Shown piece by piece: positions 30,723 through 41,038 of a stretch of DNA of 64,000 nucleotides (the stretch's first letter is position 1; every line of letters starts with the position of its first letter). Both the position numbers and the translations under genes were made by a program. This stretch comes from Acidobacteriota bacterium (GTDB lineage: Bacteria; Acidobacteriota; UBA6911): positions 6,176,001 through 6,240,000 of the forward strand of contig OY761556.1 of the NCBI GenBank assembly GCA_963664705.1, written 5' to 3'. The notes under the pieces were generated by a model. It searched no databases, was not told where the DNA came from, and saw only the letters and a list, made by a program, of their open reading frames with translations.

Positions 30723-30760
30723 TTTGGATTTACCTCCCTCGATTTCCCAATCTATTGGCT

Positions 30761-31819
30761 TTAGTCAATGGCCTTTGCCTCATGTTCGCCGGCCAGGCAG
30801 ACGGCAAAGAATGCAAATGGCTTGTCGACCCATCGGGATACCTGCGGCAAATGGGGCATTCCGGCGGGGCAGATCACTACGGTTGGCTTATTGAACAGAT
30901 GTCTTTCGTGCTCCTGTCCCATGTCGAGCTCAATCTCCGCTCCAAGGTATTCAACCTCGGGATCGATGCCGAGATAGACAAGAACTTCATCGCATGGATG
31001 GACATGGGCGCCCATGCCACGGCGCCAGATGCCGGGCTGGCTGCAGAACCCCCAGAAAATTGTGGCGTTCAAACCTTCGAGCTCTTTCCCTGTCATCAGA
31101 ACAAGGTGATCGGCGTTTCCGGGTCCCGATTTTTCCCCCGTTTTCTGCTCCTTTTCCATCTGCGCAGCCAATTGCTCCGGTGTAAGCCGCGCGGCATTCG
31201 TTTTTCCGCGCTGAACCAGGATGCTGGGAGCGATTGGTTTCACGAGATGGGCATATTTCCCCGTCGATGGAATCGGTTTGTTCCGCAGGGCCTTTTCTGC
31301 CGCGATAAAGTTCAATCCTTCCGGCGCTGACTTCCGCTGTTCCGCAGATAGCTTTGTGACCTCTTCTCCCAGCCATGTAATCTCGGATGTGGCGTTGAGT
31401 TCAACCGCCCAGAAACCGAATCCTCGCGGGCTAAACATGCGCTTGGTGGTGATCGGCCCATGAGGAACCCCCGCCGGAACCACAATGGCTGTAGGCTCGT
31501 CAAAGGTGTAGGTTTCCTGTTCCGCTCCCAGGCAGCACTCGATCTGCGCCCCCAGGTAATTGACATTGGCCGTGTCCAGCCCTACGAACAGGAGGACTTC
31601 CGGGTATGGATGAACGTGTGGGTCCATGCCCGCATGCCAGTCCCCCAGTCCATTGTGGACGCCCCAGGAGAGATTGACGTTCAGCCCTTCCAGGTGATCC
31701 CGGCCGTTTATTCGAATCTCACGGCTGGCATTCCCGGGGCCGATCGCAAGGGTGCCTTTTTCCCAGTCCATCGCGCCGATATTCAGTGGTTTTATGAGAT
31801 GCTCGTACTTGGTTGCCAT
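30761..31819 (-). CDS. Uncharacterised bicupin-like metalloprotein, paralogue of 29655-30722
   Basis: Shares NGRDHLEGL, GLGDWH.GMDPHVHPYPE and HVHPCDE/PAGMPHLP. Confidence 0.7.
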   Translation of the reverse strand: MATKYEHLIKPLNIGAMDWEKGTLAIGPGNASREIRINGRDHLEGLNVNLSWGVHNGLGDWHAGMDPHVHPYPEVLLFVGLDTANVNYLGAQIECCLGAEQETYTFDEPTAIVVPAGVPHGPITTKRMFSPRGFGFWAVELNATSEITWLGEEVTKLSAEQRKSAPEGLNFIAAEKALRNKPIPSTGKYAHLVKPIAPSILVQRGKTNAARLTPEQLAAQMEKEQKTGEKSGPGNADHLVLMTGKELEGLNATIFWGFCSQPGIWRRGMGAHVHPCDEVLVYLGIDPEVEYLGAEIELDMGQEHERHLFNKPTVVICPAGMPHLPQVSRWVDKPFAFFAVCLAGEHEAKAID

Positions 31820-31870
31820 AGCCCTCCCCTATAATTTCAATGGAGTAAATCGTTTCTGCCATCACTCCGG

Positions 31871-32800
31871 TTATTCCCGCGGCGGGTCTCCGTCGTATGT
31901 TCCGTTAGGACTGAGGAAGATCTTGCCCGGCTTGCCCGGCAACGGCGTGAGCCAATCCGGGCAGCTGCGCGGGAACAGCAGGCGTGCCTGCCAGTGAATC
32001 GCAAAATCCTCGGCCTTCACTTCCGGATAAAATCTTGTCATTGCCGACACCATTTCAGCCCCTGTTCTGGCGCTGTTATACACCTCTTCATAGTTCTCGA
32101 GGTATAGCAATGACCAGTCGATGCACTCGTCGTACGCTTGTTTGGAATCCGCCTGTGCTTCCTCCATGATCCGAATCTTCTCTTCATCGCAATGGCCCGG
32201 GATGACGATCCGGGCGCCGAATTCGCGAAGCTTGCGGATCGACGCACGCCATTTTTCTCTCCGGGCGACAGTGCTTTCGATCGGCCACAGATGACAGTCA
32301 TGGAATGCGATATCTGTCGCGCAGGCGACCTTGATCGATGGAATCCAGACGGCAGAGTTGTTGAGGCTGTCCCCCTCCCAATCATCGGACAGGAGAATTT
32401 CCTGATCCTCGAGGATCAGCCTGGGTTCGCTCAAGGGCATGGGAATTGTGGTTTTGCGCGCGATATCATCCGGACCGAAACGGTCGATCGCCCACAGTTC
32501 CACCTTGTCGCTGGATGTGAAGACAATATCTTTGACGACGCTCGGCAGCGCCACAATTTTTGCATTCGGGAATGCATGCTGCAGCACCAGCAAACCGAAA
32601 TGGTGGTCCGGATGAAAGTGCGAAACATAGATGTGGGTAAGGTTCTTCCGCATCGGAATGATCTCCGCCACCATCCGATGCGCATCACTTAATAGCTGCG
32701 ACGCGTCGACCAGGATCGCGTCCCGCTTCCCATAGATAAGCGTCGAATTGCTGTTGAAACCGAGATAGCTGTGCAGAAAGACTCTGAATTTCAGCGGCAT
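31871..32800 (-). CDS. MBL-fold metallo-hydrolase
   Basis: SHFHPDHHFG, ATD, VIPGH; RBS GGAGG. Confidence 0.88.
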   Translation of the reverse strand: MPLKFRVFLHSYLGFNSNSTLIYGKRDAILVDASQLLSDAHRMVAEIIPMRKNLTHIYVSHFHPDHHFGLLVLQHAFPNAKIVALPSVVKDIVFTSSDKVELWAIDRFGPDDIARKTTIPMPLSEPRLILEDQEILLSDDWEGDSLNNSAVWIPSIKVACATDIAFHDCHLWPIESTVARREKWRASIRKLREFGARIVIPGHCDEEKIRIMEEAQADSKQAYDECIDWSLLYLENYEEVYNSARTGAEMVSAMTRFYPEVKAEDFAIHWQARLLFPRSCPDWLTPLPGKPGKIFLSPNGTYDGDPPRE

Positions 32801-32819
32801 CCTGTCCTCCCATGACCTT

Positions 32820-32864
32820 TTGAGCCTTCGAGGCTTGCCGGGTCCGGCTGCCTCAAAGGCTCAA
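32820..32864. repeat. Long imperfect intergenic hairpin
   Basis: TTGAGCCTTCGAGGC..GCCGG-gt-CCGGC.GCCTCAAAGGCTCAA; the 13-mer CTCAAAGGCTCAA recurs at 13334-13346. Confidence 0.65.
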
Positions 32865-32882
32865 TCCACTGCCTGCTCGTCC

Positions 32883-34712
32883 CTATTCCCAACCGTTCTT
32901 GATTCCGTATTTGGCAATATAGCCGATAGCCTCGATGTCGTATATCTTGCCATTCCGAATTTTGAAAATATGAGCGGCTGGAAGGTTGAACGCGCCATAG
33001 CTGTTCTTCCTCTCCGTGGTTCCGGGCACTCCTGTGATTTTCATTACTTTGGGGGACCCGTTGTGAACGAACATGGAAAAGGCAAAGACCAGTCCCTTTT
33101 CCTTGTCGACCGCGAATACGCGCCGACGATTGATATCGGTGATGTAGCTCATGACGCCCGTGCTTAGCTGATCGCTGCAGGTCATCTTCCGGAAAACGGA
33201 GAAGTCATCTTTCTTGGCCTCCTCCGGAGTCTGCGTCTGATCGTTTGCGGAAATGCCACCGTTTTCGCGCCGTTGGCATTCGGCGGCAAAGGGAGCTACT
33301 TTCCCGTTGTCCTGCACGATGGCCTCATAATACGAATTGGCAATCTTCTGCATCTGTTCGCGGGAAACCCGTTCTCCCTTCAGTTCCCGTTCCAGCAGCG
33401 ACGGTCGCACTTTGGACATGTTCGGGTTTAGCGGCTGGTCAGTCGGCGGAACAACCAGGTGGTCGATTTCGGTGATTTTCCCATTTTCCACCTTCAGTCG
33501 GACGCTCACAATGGTCGGCTTCTTTTCGGTTTCAATAACACCGATAAATCCGACCTGCCCCTGGTCCGGATCTGCGGCATACACTTTAAAACTGGTCGGC
33601 CCGCCCGTCGCAGTCTTCCATAACCCCTGTCCGATCGGCATCTTCCTCGTGTTCTCAACCAATTGGACGTTCTTTGCGAGGGGGAGTCCTGAAGCATCAT
33701 GCCGGGGCAATGCAGCAAGATAATTGTCCATCATGTCGACGAGGCCTTGCCGCGTGCTGTTCCAGCCATTGCTGGCCTGGTAGGGCACGCCGACGATTGC
33801 CATGGCCTCAATTTCGTAAATCTTGCCGTTCTTGATCTTGTAAATGTGGGCTGCCGGTACGGTGAACTGCCCCCATGTGTTGGGCCTTTCCGTGACTCCC
33901 TGCACCCCTTTAATCTTCATTGGATTCGGTTCGCCGTCATGATTGAACATGGAGAAGGCCATCACCAGACCCAGTTCCTCGTCCACGGCAAAAAGACGCC
34001 GTTGGTTGATGTCGGTGATGTAGCTCATGACGCCAGTGTCGAGCTGCGGTCCACACTTCATCCGGCCAAATGCCGCCGTGCTGCCCGGCGCAGGCTGGGC
34101 GTTCGCCGCCAGCGGATCCTGATTGTTTGCCGATGTAACGCCATTCTCGCGCCGCTGACATTCGTCGGCAAATGGTGCCGCGTTGCCATTGCTCTGCTCG
34201 ATCGCTTCATAATACCCGTCCGCCGCTTTCAGCATCTGTGCGCGGGAAACACGCTCGGAGACGGCGATCTTCTGGACGAGGCCTGCCCGCGGTTTCATAA
34301 GGCCTGCCGGCAAGGGCTCGTTCAGAGGCGACACCATGTGATCAATTTCCGTGATCCTGCCATTTACCAGTTTCAGCCGGGCACCCAGCATAACCGGCTT
34401 GTTTTTGTCCTGCATCACACCCATGAATCCGATTTGTCCTGCAACCGGATCGGCAACATAAATCTTGAATTCAGTGGGGCCGCCGGTTGCGGTCTCCCAA
34501 AACCCTTTGCCGACCTGGATCTGTTTCAGATTTTCCACAAGCTTCACGTCGGCTGCCATTGGCGCTCCCGCGGGGTTGTGCTTGACCAGCGCCGCGAGGT
34601 ATTGATCCATCAGGGCTACCATGCAGGCACGGTCGCATTTGCCCTCTGCCGAGGCAGTCCCAAGGAATCCCAGGATAATGACAATACTCAGAATCACCGT
34701 CTTCTTTCGCAT
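32883..34712 (-). CDS. Secreted protein of two tandem ~290-aa NTF2-like repeats
   Basis: Signal peptide; both halves contain YLAAL..H, G.G.W.TATGGPT.FK.Y.ADP, APFA.ECQRRENG, TGVMSYITDIN.RR.FAVD and PAAHI.KI.NGKIY.IEA. Confidence 0.75.
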   Translation of the reverse strand: MRKKTVILSIVIILGFLGTASAEGKCDRACMVALMDQYLAALVKHNPAGAPMAADVKLVENLKQIQVGKGFWETATGGPTEFKIYVADPVAGQIGFMGVMQDKNKPVMLGARLKLVNGRITEIDHMVSPLNEPLPAGLMKPRAGLVQKIAVSERVSRAQMLKAADGYYEAIEQSNGNAAPFADECQRRENGVTSANNQDPLAANAQPAPGSTAAFGRMKCGPQLDTGVMSYITDINQRRLFAVDEELGLVMAFSMFNHDGEPNPMKIKGVQGVTERPNTWGQFTVPAAHIYKIKNGKIYEIEAMAIVGVPYQASNGWNSTRQGLVDMMDNYLAALPRHDASGLPLAKNVQLVENTRKMPIGQGLWKTATGGPTSFKVYAADPDQGQVGFIGVIETEKKPTIVSVRLKVENGKITEIDHLVVPPTDQPLNPNMSKVRPSLLERELKGERVSREQMQKIANSYYEAIVQDNGKVAPFAAECQRRENGGISANDQTQTPEEAKKDDFSVFRKMTCSDQLSTGVMSYITDINRRRVFAVDKEKGLVFAFSMFVHNGSPKVMKITGVPGTTERKNSYGAFNLPAAHIFKIRNGKIYDIEAIGYIAKYGIKNGWE

Positions 34713-34727
34713 ACACTTGCTCCTATA

Positions 34728-34765
34728 ATTTTAGATTCCAGATTTCGGATTTCAGATTCCAGATT
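34728..34765. repeat. Heptamer tandem array (ATTYCAG)
   Basis: attttag attccag atttcgg atttcag attccag; short inverted partner at 34811-34824. Confidence 0.75.
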
Positions 34766-34785
34766 GGAAACGATGGATAATCGCA

Positions 34786-37440
34786 TCAATACAGGCGATT
34801 TACAAACTTCCGGGAATCTGGAATTTTGTATTCCACCGCAATCGTTGTTCGTGCTTCTTCCAGTCCGTCCGATTTCGCAATCACGGTGATACGGCCGTTT
34901 TGGCCACGCTTTGCGCGCACGATGGCGAGCGCCAGTCCGTTAAAGGCTTTTCGGTCTTTTGACGGGAACGCGGTCATATCAGTCGGGTCTCCATTGTCCG
35001 TTGCGACGATCTCGCCTGGACCGGTTATCTCAAAGTGAATCTTCTCCATGGATCGCGGGACTATTTGCGAATCCTTATCCGCCACGCTCAGCGTGATGAA
35101 TGCCAGGTCATACCCATCGTTGGCAATGGCCGATCGGTCCGGCGTCAGGATAAGCCTGGATGCACTGCGCGCGGTCTTTATAGCCTCGCTTGCCCATTCC
35201 TTGCCATCCTTGTAGGCTACGACCCGCAGTTCTCCCGGTTCATACACCACGTCATCCCAGCGCAGCCGATATTCAAACGGTCCCTTCTTTTTGCGCCCCA
35301 GCGATTTGCCGTTGAGGAAGAGCTCCGCTTCATTGCCGGATGTATAGATGTGTACCGGCGTAACCTGGCCGATGCGTTCGGGCCAGGTCCAGTGCGGCAG
35401 AATATGTGCCATTGGGAAATCCGGGCGCCAGTAAGATTGATAGAGGTAAAACCGGTCTTTTTTAAAACCGGCTAGGTCAATGATGCCGAAGTAGGAACTC
35501 CGTGACGCATCAAACGGAGTCGGTTCTCCCAGATAGTCCCAGCCGGTCCATACGAATTCTCCGCCGACGTATGGATACCGTTCCTGCGCTGCAAATTCCT
35601 TGTCCGGCGAATAAGACCAGCTGGCAAAGTACAGATCGTAGGAACTGACCTGCCGCCTGTCTGCTTCCTGCCCGGCTTTCGCCGTCGCGGCAGTTCCGAG
35701 GCCGGAAACAACCGGGAAGGTATAAACGCCTCTGCTGCTCAGTGTCGATGTGGTCTCTGTTCCCACGATTAACTTGTCCGGAAATTTTTCATGAAAGACC
35801 GGGTATTGCGGAGTTCCAAACGAAAGGCCTGCACCCTGGTAATTCAGCCCGACCAGGTCTATCGGTTTGGGGAAGGGGCTTGCAGCGCTGGCGCTGTTCA
35901 TTCCACTGATGGTGGGCCGAGTCGGATCCTCCTGGTGGCAGATCTCGGTAAGCTCTGCGGCAATGGCCGCTCCATCTGCGCTGCCCCCCTGCTCGACAAC
36001 CTCATTGCCGATACTCCACATAATCACGGAGGGATGATTCCGGTCTCTGCGCAGCATGGCCCGCAGATCCTGTTCATGCCAGTCCTGGTAAAGCAGGTGG
36101 TAATCCAACGCAGTCTTCTGCCGCACCCAGACATCAAAGGCCTCGTCCATGACGAGAAAGCCCATTTTGTCGGCCAGATCCAAAAGCTCCGGAGCCGGCG
36201 GATTGTGGCTGGTCCGTATGGCGTTGGTCCCCATATCCATCAGCATTTCCAACTGCCGCACCAGCGCGCGGAGATTCAGCGCACTCCCGAGAGCCCCCAG
36301 GTCATGGTGGTTGCAGACACCGTTCAGTTTGAGGTGTTCGCCGTTTAAAAAGAATCCGGCATTGGGATCGAACTTCAGCGTGCGGACGCCAAACGGAGTC
36401 TCATACACATCCACCGTTTTTCCCTGTTGCCGTATCGTGGTTACCGCTACATAGCGGTTAGGCTTCTGGTGCAGCCCTGTGCCCCACAACTTCGGATTGG
36501 GCAGGATTGCCGAAGTCTGGATCGTCGTATTGCTGCCGGGCGCGATCCGGATATCCGCAGGAGCCGTGAATGCCACGGCATTTCCGAGTTTCCGGTCCCG
36601 GGTATCGATCGGGAAAATCTGTGTCGAGATGCGAACGGCAGCGTCTTCTCGGGCATCATTGTCGACCGTTACCTGGAGCTCTACCTTCGCGGATGATTTC
36701 GAGATTTCCGGTGTAGCTGCGTATGTCCCCCATTGCCCGACGTGCACCGGAGATGTCTTTACCAGCCAGATATTCCGGTACAATCCCGCGCCCGGATACC
36801 AACGGGAAGAGGCCGATTGCCAGTTCGAATCGGCAGGGATCGGATTATCGAGACGGATTGCCAGAACATTTTTCCCGCCGGGCCTCATATACGGGGTCAG
36901 ATTCAATCGGAAAGACGCATAGCCGTACGGCCATCCGCCTACGAACGTGCCATTCAACCAGACCATGCAATAAGACATGGCCCCGTCAATGTCGAGAAAA
37001 ACAGATTTGCCCGAATCCTCGGCCGGCAGGCGAAGGGCTTTCCGGTACCAGGCGATTCCGGCCGATGGCAGGCGACCGGTGCTGCCGCTGATCGAGGTAC
37101 TGAACGGACCTTCAACTGCGTAATCGTGCGGTAAATCCACTTTTTGCCAGGAGGAGTCGTCGTATCCCACCGCGGTGTAGTCGATATCATTTCCCGGGTT
37201 GCCCGCGGGTCGCCTGGATTGCTTACCCGCATCTTTCAAAAAACGATTGCCGGCAGGCAGAATCCAGCTCTTTACAGCGCTATATGCAAGATTTACCGGA
37301 CGGCCCGGAGGATCCCCTTTGATGAAGCGCCAGCCTTCATTTATGGACAGCCGTGTCCTTGGGGAAGCGACAAGGGATGTGCATGAATAGCCGGAGAACA
37401 ACAGAGCGAAAAAGCAAACCGCGAACCACGAACGCTTCAT
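34786..37440 (-). CDS. Glycoside hydrolase family 2 (beta-galactosidase-like), exported
   Basis: LPHD, WPYGYASF, SSRWYPGAGLYR, NAIRTSHNPP, RDRNHPSVIMWSIGNE, WTGWDYLGEP. Confidence 0.92.
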   Translation of the reverse strand: MKRSWFAVCFFALLFSGYSCTSLVASPRTRLSINEGWRFIKGDPPGRPVNLAYSAVKSWILPAGNRFLKDAGKQSRRPAGNPGNDIDYTAVGYDDSSWQKVDLPHDYAVEGPFSTSISGSTGRLPSAGIAWYRKALRLPAEDSGKSVFLDIDGAMSYCMVWLNGTFVGGWPYGYASFRLNLTPYMRPGGKNVLAIRLDNPIPADSNWQSASSRWYPGAGLYRNIWLVKTSPVHVGQWGTYAATPEISKSSAKVELQVTVDNDAREDAAVRISTQIFPIDTRDRKLGNAVAFTAPADIRIAPGSNTTIQTSAILPNPKLWGTGLHQKPNRYVAVTTIRQQGKTVDVYETPFGVRTLKFDPNAGFFLNGEHLKLNGVCNHHDLGALGSALNLRALVRQLEMLMDMGTNAIRTSHNPPAPELLDLADKMGFLVMDEAFDVWVRQKTALDYHLLYQDWHEQDLRAMLRRDRNHPSVIMWSIGNEVVEQGGSADGAAIAAELTEICHQEDPTRPTISGMNSASAASPFPKPIDLVGLNYQGAGLSFGTPQYPVFHEKFPDKLIVGTETTSTLSSRGVYTFPVVSGLGTAATAKAGQEADRRQVSSYDLYFASWSYSPDKEFAAQERYPYVGGEFVWTGWDYLGEPTPFDASRSSYFGIIDLAGFKKDRFYLYQSYWRPDFPMAHILPHWTWPERIGQVTPVHIYTSGNEAELFLNGKSLGRKKKGPFEYRLRWDDVVYEPGELRVVAYKDGKEWASEAIKTARSASRLILTPDRSAIANDGYDLAFITLSVADKDSQIVPRSMEKIHFEITGPGEIVATDNGDPTDMTAFPSKDRKAFNGLALAIVRAKRGQNGRITVIAKSDGLEEARTTIAVEYKIPDSRKFVNRLY

Positions 37441-37473
37441 GGGGGATCCTCACGCAATCAGGCAACGCGTTGC

Positions 37474-39225
37474 CTATTTCCATTCATCAATCAAGACTCC
37501 GCGACTGAAGCGGAAGTCCGTGACGAACCAGGTAGTCTGGATATTTCCTCCCGCCACCACGATCTGAATTGCTTTTGGATTGGTGAAGGGTTTGATCAAG
37601 GTTTCAGGCGGAGCCTTTTTCCAGCTGGCGTAGGGTTCCAGCCCCTGGAATGCCATGGGCATGGTTGCGGTGGTGTTGACGCCGTTCCCCCAGTAGGTTC
37701 CAGCCGCCACTTCAACATTCTTGGCCAGCCAATCGCTCATCTGCGATTTTGTTTTGAATCCATAGACATCTTTCAGCAGGCCGGCGACCGTCGGATCGAC
37801 GACCACGGTGGATGCCATTCCCGCCAGGGAGCGCATGTAATCCCTAATCAGCATGTGCGGCGGATGATTCCGCTGTGCTTCTCCTACGCTCGATATATAG
37901 CTCCAGCCCACTCCAATGCTGACCACGTTATCGGTGCGCCGGTAGCCCATTTCCACGCTGAGAGGCTCCCATCCCGCCGGCAGCAGTTCCTCGTTTTCCG
38001 CATAGCAGACATTGTTGTATTGCAGCGTGCTGCCAAGCGTTGAATAGGCGCCGGCATTCATGCGGAGATCCCCCAGCAGTTTGCCTGCGAGTGTGAAGGT
38101 CCTTCCGATAACAGAGTTGGCCTCATTGAATGGGCCCATGGCATCGATGCCCGCATTCATGCCCAGTTGTTTACGGATCGGTCCATTCACAACAATCATA
38201 TTTGCCATGGAGCTGGTGGAATTGCCGAACGAGTTTGCCTGGCTCAAAGTGGCGAGGATTGTCGGGAAATACTCCGGTTTGGCTCCGGCCATGGCCGCAC
38301 AAATCGCGGCCTTTTCCACCGTCAATTCCCTCGAGCCCGTTTTGCTCACCACTTCACCCGGCTTGCGGCTGGTCGCTTTCAGCAGCGCCGATACCCTTTC
38401 CTCGGTGGGAAGTTCGATGGCATTGAAGTCCGTCCATTCCTTGTCTTTGAACAGGCGCTTCAGATTGGCTTCGGTGTCCGGTTTTAAAAGTCTTGGCTCT
38501 ATCACGGCACCGGAAGGCATCCCCTTGATTTTCTCATTGTCGGTGAGCGGTTTGGTCAATCCGTCGACGATGGTCTGCATCATCGGCTTGCCGCTCAGGA
38601 GATCTTTTCCGTCGACGTAATTCTTGTGAACAGATTTCGGCTGGCCCGCCACGGGGAAGGGAAATGCGACGTACCGGATGGGCATGCCGTTTGAATACAG
38701 AAGTTCGTAATCTTTGAACTTCACTACGTTGATTCCGGAGGCTCCGACAGTCGGGATGCCGGCCAGTTCGAGATTCCGTGCAAATCGGCTCACGGCCGAT
38801 ACGCAGCCATGTCAGCCACCAATCCCGATGATGGCTCCACCCGCTTTCTTTTCGGTGATTTCCTTTCGCAACCCCTGGTCATCTCCGAACGGTCCGCCGC
38901 CGGACCGGCGTATTTCCGTCTTTACGGAAGGCATGTTTTTGGCAAACCACGCCTGCATTTCTTCGAAGACGCTGTAAGCAGCCTCCGGGCCTCCCCATTG
39001 CAGATCCACCATGTAGATGGTTTTCCCTTCAAGCGTGCCGGGACGTGAACAAAGAGGGACCCGCTCTGCCATCTTCGTTGCAATGGCAGGATTCATCACC
39101 GTAATCAGCTGCTCGCCCGGGGCTTTTCCCTTCTGGGGTTGCCCTGAGGCAACGGGCGTGGGGGCAATGACTATCAGGGCAATCGCTATGATCAGAAAAC
39201 TTCCAAACAGGATTTTTTCCTTCAT
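37474..39225 (-). CDS. UGSC-family selenoprotein (in-frame UGA at 38812-38814 read as Sec; 583 aa), N-terminal signal/anchor
   Basis: ORFs 38812-39225 and 37474-38793 are in the same frame: ...GIGG-TGA-HGCVSAVSRFARNLELAGIPTV gives UxxC. A SECIS-like hairpin follows, and there is no RBS before GTG 38793. Confidence 0.85.
38779..38805 (-). promoter_or_regulatory. Putative bacterial SECIS hairpin
   Basis: mRNA UGCGU-AUCGGC-CGUGA-GCCGAU-UUGCA; apical loop starts after 17 nt downstream of the UGA and has G at position 2. Confidence 0.7.
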
Positions 39226-39429
39226 CTCTTCCTCCCTTAAATAGCGGTAGGTATTTTGAACAGATTTTGATCAGCCTAAACCGAACCGCCTTGGCAATCC
39301 AGTCAAAATAGCTTCGAAACTTCGATGGTTTCCAGCCTCTTGCATAGCATCCCAATTTTGGGCAAAGTAGAGTGAATTACGTTTGCAGTTGTTGTTACTA
39401 TTTCTCATAACCGGCGTCAGGAGGTTCCA

Positions 39430-39699
39430 ATGTCGCTGCTGCCCAACGAAGTCGAGCTGATCAGAGTTCCGGGAGGCATTAATGCTGAGTCGATCGTCGC
39501 AGCGCTGCACGGACGGGGAATACCGGCCCGGACGCGCGGCGAAGCACTCGGTCCGATTTATGGCCTGACACTCGACGGACTTGGCGAAGTTACCATCTTT
39601 GTACCAGTGGAAAACCTTGACGAAGCCAAGTCTATCCTGGCCGCGGGAGAGCATGGCGACCTGTTGTTCGAAGAAAGCGATTCCACAGAAGAGATTTAG
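39430..39699 (+). CDS. DUF2007-like small PII-fold protein
   Basis: AESIVAALHGRGIP...V.IFVP.E....AK.IL; RBS AGGAGG. Confidence 0.75.
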   Translation: MSLLPNEVELIRVPGGINAESIVAALHGRGIPARTRGEALGPIYGLTLDGLGEVTIFVPVENLDEAKSILAAGEHGDLLFEESDSTEEI

Positions 39700-39758
39700 G
39701 TTTCGCAGGCTAATGGCAATAGCGTGCAGCATTAGGCGGGACGCCAGCGCTCCTGTGT

Positions 39759-39807
39759 CTGAAATCTGGAATCCGGAATCTGAAATCCGAAATCTGGAGT
39801 CTGAAAT
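39759..39807. repeat. Heptamer tandem array, 7 units (CTGRAAT)
   Basis: ctgaaat ctggaat ccggaat ctgaaat ccgaaat ctggagt ctgaaat between convergent genes. Confidence 0.85.
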
Positions 39808-40889
39808 CAAAACACCAGATACATTCCGTCGGCAATAATCCTTTTTTGTCCTGCCGCGTATACAGCCACCGCTTCCGCTACCTGAATCGGGTTGCCTTTG
39901 GCGTACACGATGTCCTGATGCACGACATTTTCCGGCTTAATAAATGAGCGCACACCAATGGCTCCACCAAGGTGGTCGGATCTCCCGTATGCCCAGTGAA
40001 AGCCGGCTTTTTCATCTTCCAGTACATTTCCGGTCACAATCGCATCGTCGTTGCATCCGAACGCCACTTCGGCAATGTTGGCGCGGATCGGGTCTATCGC
40101 GAAATAGTCGCGCAGGCGCTGACTTTGCTCAGCTTCCCCGGAGATTTCGACAATTCTGTTTCGTTCCACGCGAAGCACGACCAGTCCGCCATCGATGACA
40201 GCCGGCAGTTCGCCCGATGTCCGGGAATATTCGCCTGCCTTTTCGCCTTCGTAGGGAACGATGAATGTTTCTCCGGAGGGGAGGTTGATGATGCGGTCCC
40301 CTTTTTTGAAGCGTGGCAGGAACCCGTCGTCCACCTCGCATTTGCGAAACCGCAGATCGAATCGGCAGGAATGTCCTGTGGAAAAACGAACATCAAGGCT
40401 TTCGGCGCCTTCCAGCAGGTCCGCGAGAATGCCGCAGCGGCGGGCAACCTCCCGATAATCGGCCGCCAGGGCGCTTTTTTCCATGCGTCTTTCCAATCCC
40501 GGCATAGATGCGGCCCGGAAGTCTTCCTTCTTTCTGCAGAATCCATCGAGAGCGGCCGTCGCGGAGAATTCGGTGAGAAATGCGGCCAGGGTGCATTGGC
40601 CCAGAGCATCCTCGAGACGAACTTCCGCGCCGGATTGCATTCCCTTTGCCGGAAGATCCGCTCCGTTGGCGCCGGTTGCCGGATAGATGAGCAGCGGTTT
40701 GGTTGTAAACCCAAGCCTGCGGCCGAGAGATTCGAAGGCATCGCACCATTCCTGCGCCAGGGCCCGGCGGTCCTGCCATTGCGGATTATCTGCCACGGCG
40801 CCATGCGGAATATCACAAGCGACCAGTACTGTTTCCCCTGCCTGAGGGTCGAAGACGTTTACAAGAAGATCCTGCAGTTTGAATGCCAC
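39807..40889 (-). CDS. M29/aminopeptidase-T-like metallopeptidase
   Basis: NLPSGE, NIAEVAFGCN, LEDEK.GFHWAYG, HQD; GTG 40889 after GGAGG. Confidence 0.75.
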   Translation of the reverse strand: MAFKLQDLLVNVFDPQAGETVLVACDIPHGAVADNPQWQDRRALAQEWCDAFESLGRRLGFTTKPLLIYPATGANGADLPAKGMQSGAEVRLEDALGQCTLAAFLTEFSATAALDGFCRKKEDFRAASMPGLERRMEKSALAADYREVARRCGILADLLEGAESLDVRFSTGHSCRFDLRFRKCEVDDGFLPRFKKGDRIINLPSGETFIVPYEGEKAGEYSRTSGELPAVIDGGLVVLRVERNRIVEISGEAEQSQRLRDYFAIDPIRANIAEVAFGCNDDAIVTGNVLEDEKAGFHWAYGRSDHLGGAIGVRSFIKPENVVHQDIVYAKGNPIQVAEAVAVYAAGQKRIIADGMYLVF

Positions 40890-41038
40890 GGCGAGCCTCC
40901 CATTTTTGCTCTCGAGGCCGGAAGATTTCGGCATCGAGGCTCGTTGCTGTAGTTAGGATAGCACCGGGCAATCCTCTTTCGCCAAATTCGTGGCATAAGA
41001 AGCGGCGCAAAATTCGGGAATTTCAGCCAGCGCGATTC

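Noticed and set aside
37474-39225. Nonsense pseudogene or two separate genes
   Set aside because: The stop is TGA exactly at a xxC redox position, the frame is preserved, a SECIS-like hairpin follows and the second ORF has no RBS. Sec read-through is the simpler explanation, pending sel genes.
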